The notes beneath the pieces were generated by a model, which saw only the letters and a list, made by a program, of their open reading frames with translations, was not told the origin of the DNA and searched no databases. DNA of 64,000 nucleotides from Octopus sinensis (Eukaryota), in contig NC_042999.1 in the NCBI RefSeq assembly GCF_006345805.1, forward strand, positions 147,002,001 to 147,066,000, in the 5' to 3' direction. This document shows positions 12,771-26,769 of this stretch, in pieces (positions within the stretch are counted from its first letter, which is position 1; every line of letters begins with the position of its first letter). Position numbers and translations under genes: made by a program.

Positions 12771-12948
12771 ATAAATATATATATACAAATATAAATATGT
12801 GCTTTCGTACATTAAGGTATAGCATTTTATGAACTATATAAAAAAAGTCCCAGTTGAGAACTGGGTTCATCTAAATGAATAGCCGCCACCGCCACTTTCC
12901 CCAAATTTCAGGCCTTGTGGTTATAGCAGAAACAATTTTTGAACTATA

Positions 12949-13198
12949 GGCGCAGGTGTGGGTGTGTAGTAGGAAGTTTGCCTCCCAACCACACGGTTCC
13001 GGGTTCAGTCACATTGCGTGGTACCTTGGGCTTGTGTCTTCTACTATAGCATCGGACTGACCAAAGCCTTGTGAGTAGATTTGGTAGGCGAAAACTGAAA
13101 GAAACACGACGCATATATATATATATTTCTTCGACTAAAAGATGGTGCCCCAGCATGGCCATAGTCAAAATAACTGAGACAAGTAAAAGAATAAAAGG
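12949..13198 (+). mobile_element. SINE family B, internally deleted
   Basis: GGCGCAGG..TTCCGGGTTCAGTC head, CTTGGGCTTGTGTCTTCTACTATAGC, tail GGTGCCCCAGCATGGCC..ACAAGTAAAAGA. Confidence 0.85.
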
Positions 13199-13470
13199 GT
13201 ATATATATATACATATATATATATATTTATGCATGTATGTATGTATGTATAACGAAGCGTTTGCGCGAGGAGGAAGTTAGGCTAGTTGAGATATGTTTAC
13301 AGCATGTTTCAGCTGCTAAAAGACAAACACACTGAAGTTATCGTGGAGAAAAAGAATCTCACTTATGGTAAAAAGAGTTCGTTCAGTGTCGCCATCCATT
13401 AGGAATCCCAGACATCGATGTTTCGAGTGTTTTGACTCTTGTCAATGAGATGTACCAAAGAGAGGCAACT

Positions 13471-13800
13471 CCGGGCGAAATGCTTAGCGGTAGTTCTGAG
13501 TTCTGAGTTCAAATTCTATCGAGGTCGACTTTGCTTTTCATCCTTTCAGGGTCGATAAATTAAGTACCAGTTACGTACTGGCGTCGATGTAATCGACTTA
13601 ATCCGTTTGTTTGTCCTTGTTTGTACCCTCTATGTTTAGCCCCTTGTGGGCAATAAAGAAATAAGAAACGGGCGAAATGCTTAGCGACTTTACTTTTCAT
13701 CTTTCGAGGCCGATAAATTAAGTACCAGTTGCGCACTGGGGTCGATCTAATCGACTGGCCCCTTCCCCAAAAAATTAGGGCTTTGTCCCTAGAGTAGAAA
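13471..13800 (+). mobile_element. SINE family A, dimeric, 5'-truncated
   Basis: Body-spacer-body-tail arrangement as at 1364. Confidence 0.85.
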
Positions 13801-14070
13801 AGAAAGAGAAGCAACTCCGAACGGATAAAGTCGTAGCTTATATTTTACTCAGTCAACGAGTGGAGTGATTTGCGCTCCTGTAATCTCGAAACGTCTCAAG
13901 ATTTTTTAATGTAATTGTGTAAATGGAAAATGTGTGGAAGCCCATTTATTTGTACATCACACATTTTCACCATAAGAGAGATTCTTTTTCTCCACAGTAA
14001 CTGCAGAGTAGTTGCCTTTTAGCAATTGAAATATGTGACAAACATATTTCAACTAGCCTAAATTCTGCTC

Positions 14071-14105
<35 letters not shown>

Positions 14106-14165
14106 TGTATGTATGTAGTATGTATGTATGTATGTATGCGTGTATGTGTGTGTGTGTGTGTATGT

Positions 14166-14169
<4 letters not shown>

Positions 14170-14209
<40 letters not shown>

Positions 14210-14410
14210 GTGTCTGTTTGTTACCCACCATCGCTTGTCAACTAATGTTGGTGTGCTTACGTTCCTGTAACCTAGCGGTTCGGCAAAAGGGACTGACGGC
14301 ATAAGTACTAGGCTTACAAAGAATAAGTCCCGGCGTAGATTGCTTCGATTAAAAGCCCTTTAAGGTGGTGCTCCAGCATGGCTGCAGTCGAATGACAGAA
14401 ACAAGTAAAA
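14170..14410 (+). mobile_element. SINE family B 3' half following (TATG)n/(TG)n
   Basis: CTAGCGGTTCGGCAAAAG..AATAAGTACTAGGCTTACAAAGAATAAGTCC..GGTGCTCCAGCATGG. Confidence 0.85.
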
Positions 14411-14975
14411 CAAAAAAAAAAATACATGTTTTGAAATTGGTGTAAGTTATAATTCAATGTACCTCATCAAAAGAAAATATTAATTTTTTTTTATCACCTT
14501 GGGACAGAAAAAGAGGAGTGTATTGTTTTGTTTTCCATCCTAGTTAGATCGACCTGGTATCCACGCTTATCCACGACTTGAGATATAACTTAAAGCTACT
14601 TATTATCTCTGCATATCACTCCTTCACTAAATCAGCAGATTTGTAAAAATAACGCTTTCACTGGCCACGTAGTCAAATATGAAATTGTTGATGCAGCATA
14701 TGTCTAATACTTTAGCAGCTGTTGCTGCTGCTTTTATTATTATTGTCACTGTCAACGTAATCGTTGCTATTGTTAATTAAAACTAGGTTGGCCTGAATCA
14801 AGCACAACTACAATCAAACTGGTTTTATTATTATTATCCTAAATATTAATGGTTGCGTAAAACTACATTACCCGATGTTTCCGTCCTATTTTAAGACTGT
14901 AAAGTGTAATTTGGAGGAGATCTGTTTTATTTGGTTTTTAAATTCTTTTTTCAGTGATCAAACGATCATATATAT

Positions 14976-15272
14976 CAGTGGTTCGCAACCAATTCTTTAC
15001 TAGTGAGACCCTCTGATTTCTATTTTACTCAACTGACCCCCACCACACCCATGTATACTTTAAAAGATCTTATCGTTTTGCTTTTATAATTAAATATTAT
15101 TAGGAACTGTATAAAAATTATTAAAATATTTTTGTGCCTTGTAGACATATAACCAATTCATTACACATAAACCTTAACCTCAAAATCTTATACGGACTCC
15201 TAAGCGTCATATGGACCACTAAAGGTCATATGGACCTCTAAAGGTTATACGGACCCCGGTTGTGAACCACTG
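14976..15272. mobile_element. hAT-type (Charlie-like) MITE
   Basis: Terminal inverted repeats CAGTGGTTCGCAACC / GGTTGTGAACCACTG; subterminal AT(A/G)(C/T)GGAC repeats at the right end; 8-bp flanks match only partly. Confidence 0.75.
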
Positions 15273-15680
15273 ACATAGAACCTCTTTCATTAGCTCATGT
15301 TATTATTGTTATAAAGTATACCAAAGTGTTACATAAGACATAAGACATAGTATACGATGACTTGAAACACTTCAATTTATTAAGATTTTTCCAGCAATAG
15401 AAAAAGACCTCAATTTAGAGATATGGTGTTTAGGTTCTAAAAGCAACGAGCAAGAAAGATGAAGATAATTCTTATACAATCTATTGATTCTTTTCCTCTT
15501 TCAAATCATCGGACAGTGGTCATAATGGAGCACCGCATTCTAGAGTTTGGTCCATCAATTCGACTGCAGTACTGATGTTTAATGTTTAATACGTAGTCAA
15601 TCATCCTATTTTTACCGAGACACTAAGTTACAGGAATATAAACGCACTAGTTTTGATGTAATTTCTATTGCTTAAAATAA

Positions 15681-16110
15681 GGCGGTGAGCTGGCAGAAAC
15701 GTTAGCACGCCGGGCGAAATGCGTAGCCGTATTTCGTCTGCCGTTACGTTCTGAATTCAAATTCCGCCGAGGTCGACTTTACCTTTCATCCTTTCAGGGT
15801 CGATAAATTAAGTACCAGTTACGCACTGGGGCCGATGTAATCGACTTAATCCCCTTTGTCTGTCCTTGTTTGTCCCCTTCTGTGTCTAGCCCCCTTGTGG
15901 GAAATAAAGAAAAAAGAAATGTTAGCACGCCTGGCCAAATGCTGAGCAGTATTTTGTCTGTCTTTACGTTCTGAGCTCAAATTCCACGGAGGTCGACTTT
16001 GACTTTCATCCTTTCGGAGTCGATAAATTAAGTACCAGTTGCCTACTGGTGTACATCTAATCGACTATCCCCCTCCTTCAAAACTTTCGGGCCTTGAGCC
16101 TAGAACAAAA
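15681..16110 (+). mobile_element. SINE family A, dimeric copy
   Basis: Complete head, two bodies, spacer and tail. Confidence 0.9.
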
Positions 16111-16758
16111 AAGAATTTCTTCTGTTTAATAACAAATCAATTCTGTTTGTGTAGACGTGTTATTAAAATGGTGGCAAGCGTCATTATAAAATCATTTTTA
16201 ATTTTTCCACTTTCAGCACTGCAAGAACCATATTTATCCACTACGGTTTCATTTTCTAATATAGAACTTTGAATCTGACGGGAAAGTAGTTGCTCTTTCT
16301 AGTTTGTCGAACAATCATGTAAAATCTCGCTCACTGACCCGTGTCTGTTGCTATTTGCGGTTGCTCCTCCTTCTTTTGTTCTAACGCTCTCTATTGTATT
16401 CCATTTTCCACTGCAACGGTTGGTTTATCATGACCCTGACAGGTTATAGTGCTTTGTTTGTCAGAAGAAGAGAGATGAGAAAGAAGACGAGTGGAGAAGC
16501 ATTGTCAATGATAATTGCTAGATTATCAACTAGATTGTTCACATACACATGTCTGCTATAGAACCTAAACGTCTGCAGGTTAATTTCATTAGCAAACAAC
16601 GTGAGCAGAGAGGAACTAAGCATATATTGGAAATATTCCATATTCATTTTATATGGTATACTTCAAATCCATTCTTCCCGCTTGTGTTATTTGCAGTGGC
16701 AACCATAAAAACATATCCTTATGTGTTACGTCGTCTGGATACTCCGCGATTAAATATA

Positions 16759-17067
16759 GCGCCTGGCTCATAATCAAGAGGTAGTGAGTTCGATTCCTGG
16801 AACGGGAATTATGTGTTGTGTTCTTGAGCAAGACACTTTATTCCACATTGCTCCAATCCACTTGGCTGTAGAAATTAGTTGAGACGTCACTGGTGTCAAG
16901 CTGTATCGGTCTTTTCCGTTCTCTTGGATAACAACGATGGCGTGGAGAGGGCAGTCTAGTATGCATGGATGACTGTCGGTGTTCCATAAACAACCTTTCT
17001 CGGATGTGTGCCCCGGTAGGGAACTTTCTAGGTGTAGTCCCATGGGCTTCATGACCGAAGGAGGACC
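16759..17067 (+). mobile_element. CORE-type SINE variant with a distinct tail
   Basis: GAGTTCGATTCC B-box and GTTCTTGAGCAAGACACTTTATTCC CORE-like domain; 3' half differs from family C. Confidence 0.7.
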
Positions 17068-17224
17068 TATGCAAGTATGTATGTAAGTACGTACGTACGT
17101 ACGTACGTACGTACGTACGTACGTACGTAAGTACGTATGTATGTATGTATGTATGTATGTATGTATGTATGTATGTATGATGTATGTATGTATATACGTG
17201 TGTGTGTGTGTGTATGTCATTATA

Positions 17225-17460
17225 CAGTTTTATTTTAAGATTTCTTACCAATGGAGAAAGAGCCGATTTCTATCCATGATCCAAGGCTCCTTCATTGGAA
17301 TTTCAATATCAAGAGGATATTTTTGTATGTATATATATACGAGCAGATTGTATGCTTTGTCTTATGTATGTATTTTCATGGACATCTAGAAGCATATCTA
17401 AACATGCTCATATATTCTTAAATGATAAACTTCGGGGCAAGTTTTTACAGTTCCAGTGAT
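17225..17460. repeat. Unclassified dispersed repeat associated with (TATG)n; paralogue at ~24310-24580
   Basis: Shared AAGATTTCTT(A/G)CCAAT.GAGAA.GAGCC..GATCCAAGGCTCCTTCATT.GAATTT and TTTTTACAGTTCCA ends. Confidence 0.7.
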
Positions 17461-18308
17461 ATATATAAGTATGTATGTATGTATGTATGTATGTATGTAT
17501 GTATGTATGTATGTATGTATGCATGTATGTATGCATGTATGTACGTACGTATGTATGTATGTAGTTTTTCTTCATATTTAGTTGCATTATTTCTAAAATG
17601 AGAAGTCTGGATTCTAACCAAGAAGTAAAAATTCTATCAATGGAGTTTAGATGTCAACCAGGATGATTGTTACAAATCGAGCTTTAAAAACCAGTCTTGC
17701 CTATTTCCTCCGTTCAACTAAAAGATTGCATTTGTAAAGTTCATGTTGGTCGGTCTACTTCTCTGCTAGAAAGTCCCACCTTCTCCAGTTTGCATCATAG
17801 GCATTAACCAACATAACTGAGTGCACCAATAGATATAGGCGCGAATGTCTAATTTTAGTCAAGGTAGATTAGTTGCAGGTTTCGAAACCGTTGTCCATAG
17901 ATATTCCATTTCCCGCTGATTTTGGAAGAGCTGTGCACATATCCAAGGCAATTAAACTCTATGACTCTACATGACTTTTCTTTTCTATCTCAAATAACCA
18001 TAGCAGGTTTGTTATGTTTGCACTTTTGGTAGTAACATTCTACCAATATTTTTTGTGCTGATATGTATATGTGTTGTTTCTATTTATCAACAGGTAGACT
18101 ATTTCGTGCGTCACTTTGCACATTGTTTTAGAAACAACTTCTGTTGCAGCAGACGATAGTAACTCTATGATATTTCTGAACAGCTGCTGATTACATGTAT
18201 TATGTACCCCACTAGTTGACACTTGTCGAATCTTGTGAATATAAGGGCTTTGTTGACCCGTTTCTCCGTGAGATATATTCTTATCATCTCCTGCTCTTGG
18301 TTTGCGAA

Positions 18309-18630
18309 GGCGCGTGGCTAAGTGGTTAAGGTATTCGGCTCAAGATCGTAAGGTCGTCAGTTCGACTCCCAACAAACCGTTGTGTCCTCGAGCAAGACAC
18401 ATTGTTTCTCGTTGCTTCAGTCCACTCAACTGGCAAAAATAGCTGCGCTTGTAATTCAAAGGGCCAGACTTTTCATATCGTGTGTCACGCTGAAACTCCC
18501 TCAGATCTACGTTAAGGTTACGCGCGTCTATGGAGTGAGCAGCCACATGCACTTTCACGTTAATTTCACGAGCAGGTATTCTGTTGATCGGATCAACTGG
18601 AACCTTCGTCGTCTTACCCGACGGAGCGCT
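18309..18630 (+). mobile_element. SINE family C, full length
   Basis: GGCGCGTGGCTAAGTGGTTAAGG head; homologous to 10932-11242 over its whole length. Confidence 0.9.
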
Positions 18631-18787
18631 AGTTTACATGTCTGATGATTGCTAAAGTATAGCTTTCGGGATGTGGTGTGAAGTAGTGGTCCCGAGCGTA
18701 AGAGACGCTACATTTCATGTTGATATTTTCACTTTTTCTAGTTTACAGAAACATAATCATTCTTTTATTAATTTATATGTTTCTGTC

Positions 18788-19074
18788 AGGACTTATTCTT
18801 GTAAGCCTAGTACTTATTCTATCGGTAACTTTTGCCGAACCGCTAAGTTACGGAGACGTAAACACACCAGCATCGGTTGTCAAGCGATGTTGGGCAGACA
18901 AACACAGAAACACAAATACACACATACACACACATATATACACATATAACTTGCATCTACCAAATTCACTCAGAAGGCTTTGGTCCGCTCGAGACAATAG
19001 TAGAAGACACTTGCCCAAGGTGTCACGCATATGGCTGGTAAGCAAGCTACTAACCACACAGCCATTCTTGCGCC
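18788..19074 (-). mobile_element. SINE family B
   Basis: Reverse complement of the 27141-27541 type. Confidence 0.85.
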
Positions 19075-19310
19075 TATGCATAACATTTTGTAATATACAC
19101 AATGTTCCTCTTCCAGATATTTGCACTCTGCACTTCTGGGTGCGTAAAAGACGTCATCAGGAAATAAATGTACCCTGAGTTGTTCACTGGCGACCTGCAG
19201 GATAATTTTTTTTTCATTTCATATATTCAGTAATTGGTAGATGCATTTATGTGTACTGCTATTGTTTAGCAAGTGCTGACTGAGCGATATTATACGACAG
19301 ATAATCAGCC

Positions 19311-19508
<198 letters not shown>

Positions 19509-20433
19509 GGAAAAGAGGGAGAGAGAGAGGAAAAGAAAGAGAGAGAGAGAGGAAGGGAGAGAGATGGGGAAGGGAGAGAGAGAGAGAGGGGGAGAGAGAG
19601 AGTGTTTGAGAGAAAGAGAGATCATTGCAGTAACTGCATTTTCTTTGCTTTTAATTATCCACTATGAACAGATCGTTTGGTTAAAATTCCAACCCATCAT
19701 CAACAGAAAATATTGTTAGTAACTCCAGTCGTTTCACAGCGCTGTAAATATTTCGTGTATGAATTTTTAGATGGTTCGAAAATAAATTAATAATTACATT
19801 GCTCTTTCTTGTTGTTGTACACGCTAAGCACGCATTTTAATGGATCTCTCACACAGAAATGATAGTGGATTTAGTGCCGAGCTAAAATAAACAGAAGCGC
19901 AGGGTCTATCTCTTTGTAATATTCCTTTTGAAATATTTATAATACCAGAGACAACCGTCCTGCTTTGAGATACGAATCAAGAAGAATGTAGACCAGGTCT
20001 TTGTAAAACGTTCAATACCAGCAACTAAGGCAGCAGGTACTATTGCCAGTTGTATTGACTATGATGACCGTGACAAGCTATACAAAGGAACGCTCTTCTT
20101 TAATGAGGCCATATTGTCACAAAATATCTATGGTGTTTTCGTATTTCAAACAGCAATCATATGATATTTGGCATTATATACATACATGTATATATGCATC
20201 TACGTATGTACGTATTTACGTATGTACGTATGTATGTATGTATGTCTCCATGCATGTATGTATGTATGTATGTATGTATGTATGTATGTATGTATGTATG
20301 TGTGTATGTATGTATGTATGTATGTATGTATGTATGTATGTATGTATATGTGCTTGAATGTATGAATGTGTATGTCTATTTAAATATATATGCTCATATG
20401 CATATGCTTGTTTATATAACTGCATTCATATAT

Positions 20434-20579
20434 AGGTGCAGAAGTGGATGTTTGGTAAGTAGCTTGCTTCCAACCACATGGTTCCGGGTTCACCTTGGGC
20501 GAGTGTCTTCTACTAAAGCCTCGGGCCGACCAAATCCTTGTGAGGAGATTTGGTAGACGGAAACTGAAAGGAGCTTGTC

Positions 20580-20632
<53 letters not shown>

Positions 20633-20902
20633 ATATTTACGTATGTATATGTATGTATGTATGTATGTATTATGTATGTATGTATGTATGTATGTGTGTG
20701 TGTATATGTTTGTATGTTTTTCCCCCCAACATCGCTTGACAACCAATCCTGATGTGTTTATGTCCCCGTAACTTAGCGGTTCGGCAAAAGAAACCGATAG
20801 AATAAGTACTAGGCTTACAAAAAGTAAGTCCTGGGGTCCATTTGCTCGACTAAAGGCTGTGCTCAATCATGGCCACTGTCAAATGACTGAAACAAGTAAA
20901 AG

Positions 20903-20903
<1 letters not shown>
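20434..20903 (+). mobile_element. SINE family B with expanded internal microsatellite
   Basis: Head, internal (TA)n(TATG)n, and 3' tail all present. Confidence 0.9.
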
Positions 20904-20946
<43 letters not shown>

Positions 20947-21349
20947 TTACGGTTTTGCTAGAACAAACAAGAGGAATAGGACACAATTCATGAACACACA
21001 TATCCATACATATACATAATTACATATATACACACGCAGTCATACGCCCTCACACGCACGCACGCACGCAGACACATACATATGCACGGTACTCCTTGAA
21101 TCAGAAGTCCTGAAATAAGTTTAAATCTTTGAAGTCCGTAGCTTTGATAATAAAGTATGGAAGAGTGTAAATTCGTTTCTCTGGTTTCGATCAGCGAAGA
21201 AAATAGTTGGGAGCCTTCCGGAGGGCGGTTTCGAGATTTATGAAACCCTCTCCAATCTTCTCCCTTAATCATAAAGTGTGTCAGCTAAATCATGTAGTCA
21301 GAAATGTGGTGTATAGCTTACCTTACATATTTGTATCTTAAACAGATAG

Positions 21350-21640
21350 TAATTAATTATCTTCTCTGGTGAAGCGCACCGTTAGTTTAACTACCTCCGC
21401 ATCCCAAAGATGCCATCCCCACCCTTTTTCTTTAGGTGCAGAGGGTTTCCATTGCTGCTGAAATACACAAGGCTTAAATGAGACCCATGATGGAATATCG
21501 CCCCAGATCAGATACGGTGCTGCTGTTACGCACACTGATATCCTAGTCTCCGTCCATAGAAGAGTTGCTTAATTGTTTGGCTCTCTAACATTATCGAACA
21601 CACTACAGCCTCCGGCCAAAAGGCTTGCTTTCTCAATTCT
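21350..21640 (-). pseudogene. Possible highly decayed L1/Tx1-like ORF2 fragment
   Basis: LIWGDIPSWVSF..PKEKG plus, in a shifted frame, KGGDGI, resembling the L1-clade 'IWG...PKxxGGLG' motif. Weak. Confidence 0.3.
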
Positions 21641-24600
21641 CTTTATTTTCTATCGCTTCTTTAATGATCTTTGCTTGTCCATATAATATAGTTATACAGA
21701 AAATTTCTAAATAGCTTTCGGTAATTGCAAGAAATAAATAATAAAATATCAAGTCACTTCTTTTGGTGATTTCTTGTGGAAACAATCATAATATATTAAG
21801 CTTCATCTTTTTCTTTTCTTCTTTTTCTGTTAGATAGTCTCGAAATCTGAAATGAATCAATGTTTCTGCAGTGATGAGAGAAACAACGTTGTTGGTTCTC
21901 TTTCAAAACAATAACCAATGACATTGTTACCTGGGAAGTATAAGAATAAAACTGACGTCATTTGTAAGACCATTAATAAAGTGTTGCAACATTTAAGAAG
22001 CAGACGGAACCAAATATGGAAAACAAGCATCAACACAGCAGTGACAAACTGCTTACTCTGTGTATTCAGAATAAATTGCATGTTTCATTCCATTATGATG
22101 ACTTCATTTGTTTTTGTTCTACAATCGAAGCTGTTTCTAATATTATAACGTAATGAAATATGACCAATGATAGCAAAATGTAAAATATAAATTAGAATGA
22201 AGGAATAAACAAAAGAGGAAGTTTTACTTTCGGATTATACTGCAAGTAAATAGATTTGAGGGGCCAGGAAAGAATCGACACCTTTCAGATAGAAGAAAAA
22301 ATATCAGGCAGTTCAGATGTTCAACCTAGTTCCGCATTCATGAAGGGTCCATTACATTTCCTTCACTTATAATTGCAGCAGTAAACAATTCTAGTTTTTC
22401 ATCTCTTTTATTTTTTTGTAGGAAATTATCCTCACCGGATTAGCAGCACATTCCAACGTCTTTGGAACCTCTCTTGGTTTTTGAGATACAACTGTTTCCA
22501 TCGATAGCCGACATATATTCCAGTCAGTAGACTCCCAAATCTCTATGAAATTTTCCTCTTCTCCATCACTTTCACATATAATTCAGCATGTTTCCTCTCT
22601 CACCGTCCGTGATTCCTTCATCTCTGCAGCTGTTGTATCTACTTCGAAATTAAATCTTAATATGCACCATCTTTTTGTTGCTCGAGGTACTTCCAACGTG
22701 ACAAAAATTCGAACTTCCACTGAGCTCATATTTATTAACCTCACCACTACATTTCTCTTGCACCCTCATCTACCGCATTCCTTTCCCATTCATCTATTAC
22801 CTCTTTGCGTGACCGCTCTGCTATACCATTCTCGAAAACTTTTATCTACGACAGTCTAACTTCGCCACTTTTTCCATATTCTCTGAAGCTCCACTTTTCC
22901 CTGTGAATCTATAAAATCTTACATGACTTTTATCGAAAATTGTCTAACCGTATTCACACCTAACGTGGATTCCTTTTCTGCTGCTGCAACCTATGCAACA
23001 CGTTCTTTAATTTCCTGTACTTCACTTCTATGTCTCCAGGTCCATTACCCAAGTCCTCAAACACTTCAATGATAATACTGTAAATTTCATCCACTGCATG
23101 TTTATTCCTTACATATAGGGAAGGACGGTTGATACCTTAGTAATAATTTTTATGAACGTCCACTGAAGATCTTCAAATACGTTAGTATTGTAATAAAACA
23201 CTGAATCGCCATTTCAGTTCTATTAGCGTCATAGTCACTGTCTACATCATTTGCCGATTCCTAGTTTTTCGAGTCCTTGCGGCATGAACACGCCTCCAAT
23301 TACTTATGCAAACACCAACTTCGGTGCCATTCTTAGAATCAAACTCGTTTCTTTCTCGATTCGTTCTATATTTGGGAACCTGCCGCTATTTAACTCACAT
23401 TGCCTACCTGGACCGAGCACTTTTCCAGTCTCTCATACTTTCCTCAATCCCTCATCCTTTTACCCTCACTACTTACGTCTTTGATTGTCATATGAATGTT
23501 TGGTTGCTATTTCTAGAAGATTAAGCAACCTCTTATATCCTTCCTCATTGGATTACATCCATTTCTAAGGGATCTCGAGGCCCTCATCAGCCACGATGAA
23601 ATACAACTTCACTCAAACAAGATCCGGTCATAACCATCTCGCCTCTCAGAAGACGGTACAAAGTTATTTAACACAGATTTGGCTGCTATTTCTAGGATAT
23701 AGAATAAATAGGTAGGGTTTGGTTTGATTGCCTCTGTTTGCTTATAAACCGTTTCATGTTTAGAATGTTATTGTTGCAGCATTTGAATGCTTTTAATTAC
23801 CATTGCTTTACCCTAATTGTAGGAAATATAATTCTATAAAAATACATAATCGTATGCATAATTATATATGAATACATAATTGGACTCGCTCTAAATATTT
23901 TTGCCAAAACTGGATTACAATGTCAATATAGTTGGCTGCTGATTAGCATGATAACAATTAAAACAACATATGGCTGACTCAATAAAAAGCTTAGAGACAA
24001 TCGATATGCTAGAAATAACAGCCAAACTTTCTTCATGTCTAAACCTTTGTTTCTTAAAAAAAAAAAGATTCGTTAGGCAATCTAGCCCTAGTCCGAAACT
24101 ACATTAAAATGTCAACGTTGTGGGCACGTCTGGAACAAGTTTGTAAATAACTTACAGGCATGACTGTGCGATTAACATGTTTTCTTTGCAACCACAAGGT
24201 TCAGTTCCACTGGGCAGCGTGCTAGGTAAGTGCCTTCAACTATAGCCCTTGTGAGTTACTTTGGTAGATGGAAGCCTGCCTCCGTGTGTGTGTGTGTGTG
24301 TGTGTGTGTTATTGTTCCGTTTTCTTTCAAGATTTCTTGCCAATAGAGAAGGAGCCATTTTCTTACAAAGATCCAAGGCTCCTTCATTAGAATTTAAACA
24401 TCATCAACAGGGTATTTGTGTATGATTGTGTATATGTGTGCAGTATTTGGAGTCGGGGAATATTCAGATTTGTGTGTTTCGTTTTACGTGTGTATTCTCA
24501 TGCATATAACTAGACATGCACGTACATTCTTGAACATTAAACTTCTGGAAAATTTTGAAATTTTTTACAGTTCCATTATGGGCTCTAGGTATGCTATGTA

Positions 24601-24889
24601 TGTATGTATGTATGTATGTATGTATGTATGTATGTATGTATGTATGTATGTATGTATGTATGTATGCCGTTATTGAGTTGTATTTCAATGTTTCTTGCCT
24701 ATAGAGAAAGAACAGGTTTCTGACATGCTAGAAACATGCTACAAAGAACATGCTAGAAACAACAGCTAGATCTTCATTCATCAAATTACATGATACGACG
24801 TTTTAGGAAAAAAACAATGTAATTTGGATGATTTACATCAATATACATTGTGACTGAATATAAGACGGAATAGTCGAATTTGAATTAAT

Positions 24890-25250
24890 TTTGGCCACAA
24901 TACTGATGATCGTGTTGCCTGTTAATTGCAGATAACATCTCCTGAAATAACTAGACACCATCTGTTAATTAACTGACATCATGTTCAGGATGACAACACA
25001 TAAATATACTGCAACACAATTTCTTTTCCTCAATACCCCAAAACAGATCAAAGAGGAAAAGGGTGCCATCAGCTTTAAACGGAATCTGGACAAATTTCTA
25101 CGAAGAATACCAGACGAGCCACCTATACCTGAACTCACAAAAGCTCCCGGCATAATGGACTATCATATCACAAAACTTGACTTTAAAAAGATTCAGCTAA
25201 TGCTATCAAGTGGGACTATTAAGTTAGACATGGCCTGGACCAATCTTTGT
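24890..25250 (+). mobile_element. CR1/L2-like LINE ORF2 C-terminal fragment
   Basis: FLNTPKQIKEEKGAISFKRNLDKFLRRIPDEP parallels LFNILPKNLRDL..FKMKLDLFLSGVPDE. Confidence 0.75.
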
Positions 25251-25834
25251 TACATGACGCAATGCTCTACGCGGTCCGAGAAGCAAAACCCAAACCTTGA
25301 CATGGTGAAACGAACACTCTCTAAACACTAGGCCACTCTCACTCAGTGGATAATATCGTCTTTGTCCTCCACTACTGTCCTCAGTATACTAAGAATGTGC
25401 GACTACTCATTCAAACAGACTTGATCACTGCAGACAGACTTTTGATCCTAAGTGGCTGACCTGTGCACGAATAACAATGACAATAACAACAACATCATTC
25501 TCTATTATATAACAATATCAGCCTTTCATTCTTTTCCCTTTTATTTCTACTTATTTTTTGCTTTATTCTATTTTTATCTTGCAGGTATTCCCTCACACTG
25601 TTCGTTATCTCACATGCCCACCCCCCCCTCTCTCTCTCTCTCTTTCTTTTTCTATCTCTAACTTTCTGTCTGTTCTATTACCTCCTCTTGCATTCGTGAT
25701 TCTTATTCATTCACTATTCTCTCTCACTCACTCACTCACTCACTCACTCACTCATTCACTCACTCACTCACTCACTCTCAATCTCTCTCTCACGCTTCTA
25801 TTGTTTTCCAGTAGTATTTATCATTCGCCTTGTC

Positions 25835-25886
<52 letters not shown>

Positions 25887-25958
25887 TCGTTCTTTCTGTC
25901 TGTGTGTCTCTTTCACTCTCTCTCTTTCAATATCGCACACACACGCGCACACGCACAC

Positions 25959-26039
<81 letters not shown>

Positions 26040-26177
26040 GAAGCTGCACCTTCAATTCCTCAAAATTCCAAAATTCCCCTCTAATGAGCGCAAAGAAATT
26101 TCTTACTTTTCTACGCATCACCCAATTGGTCACCACTCTACAACGCCCTCCACTTCCTCGTATACGACCGCTTCCAA

Positions 26178-26215
<38 letters not shown>

Positions 26216-26216
26216 A

Positions 26217-26249
<33 letters not shown>

Positions 26250-26489
26250 AATACTACTACTGCTGACAATGGCGTTAGTACTACCTATAGACACATTACC
26301 AATAATTCGATACATATCCACTTCCTCCTCACTTCTTCTTCCCACTTTTACCTGCTCCCCCACATCCTCCTCCACCTCCTCATCATCATCATGATCATCG
26401 TCATTATCTTTATCATCATCATCATTACTCGTTAACCCCACCAACAAATATGCTTACGTGCATTTTTTTGCGCATTTTTTTTTTATTGT

Positions 26490-26684
26490 TTTATTTGTTT
26501 CAGTCAGTTGAGTGCGGCCATGCCGGAGCACCACCTTTAGTCGAGCGAATCGACTGCAGGACTTATTCATTGTAAGCCTAGTACTTATTCTATTGGACTT
26601 TTAGGCCGAACAGCCAGGTTGTGGGGGACGTAAGCACACCAGCATCGGTTAAGCGTTGTTGGGGAGACAAACACAGACACGCAA

Positions 26685-26690
<6 letters not shown>
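26490..26690 (-). mobile_element. SINE family B 3' half
   Basis: Reverse complement of the family B tail. Confidence 0.85.
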
Positions 26691-26768
<78 letters not shown>

Positions 26769-26769
26769 C

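Noticed and set aside
16200-16650. Several acceptor-like sites and short protein-like phrases (KKRDEKEDEWRSIV; GYSALFVRRREMRKK)
   Set aside because: All frames close quickly, no donor/acceptor pair stands out, and no family can be named.
17700-17960. Faint LINE RT-like words on the minus strand (KSAGNGI, DRPT)
   Set aside because: Too decayed to support a call.
21850-23480. Purine-rich minus-strand stretch that may continue an old L1-like element, plus an acceptor-like site near 21930
   Set aside because: No convincing motif recovered by eye; multiple stops in all frames.
25558-26394. 278-aa plus ORF, the longest in the track
   Set aside because: Runs through (CTCA)n, (TTTC)n, (CA)n and (CTA)n repeats.
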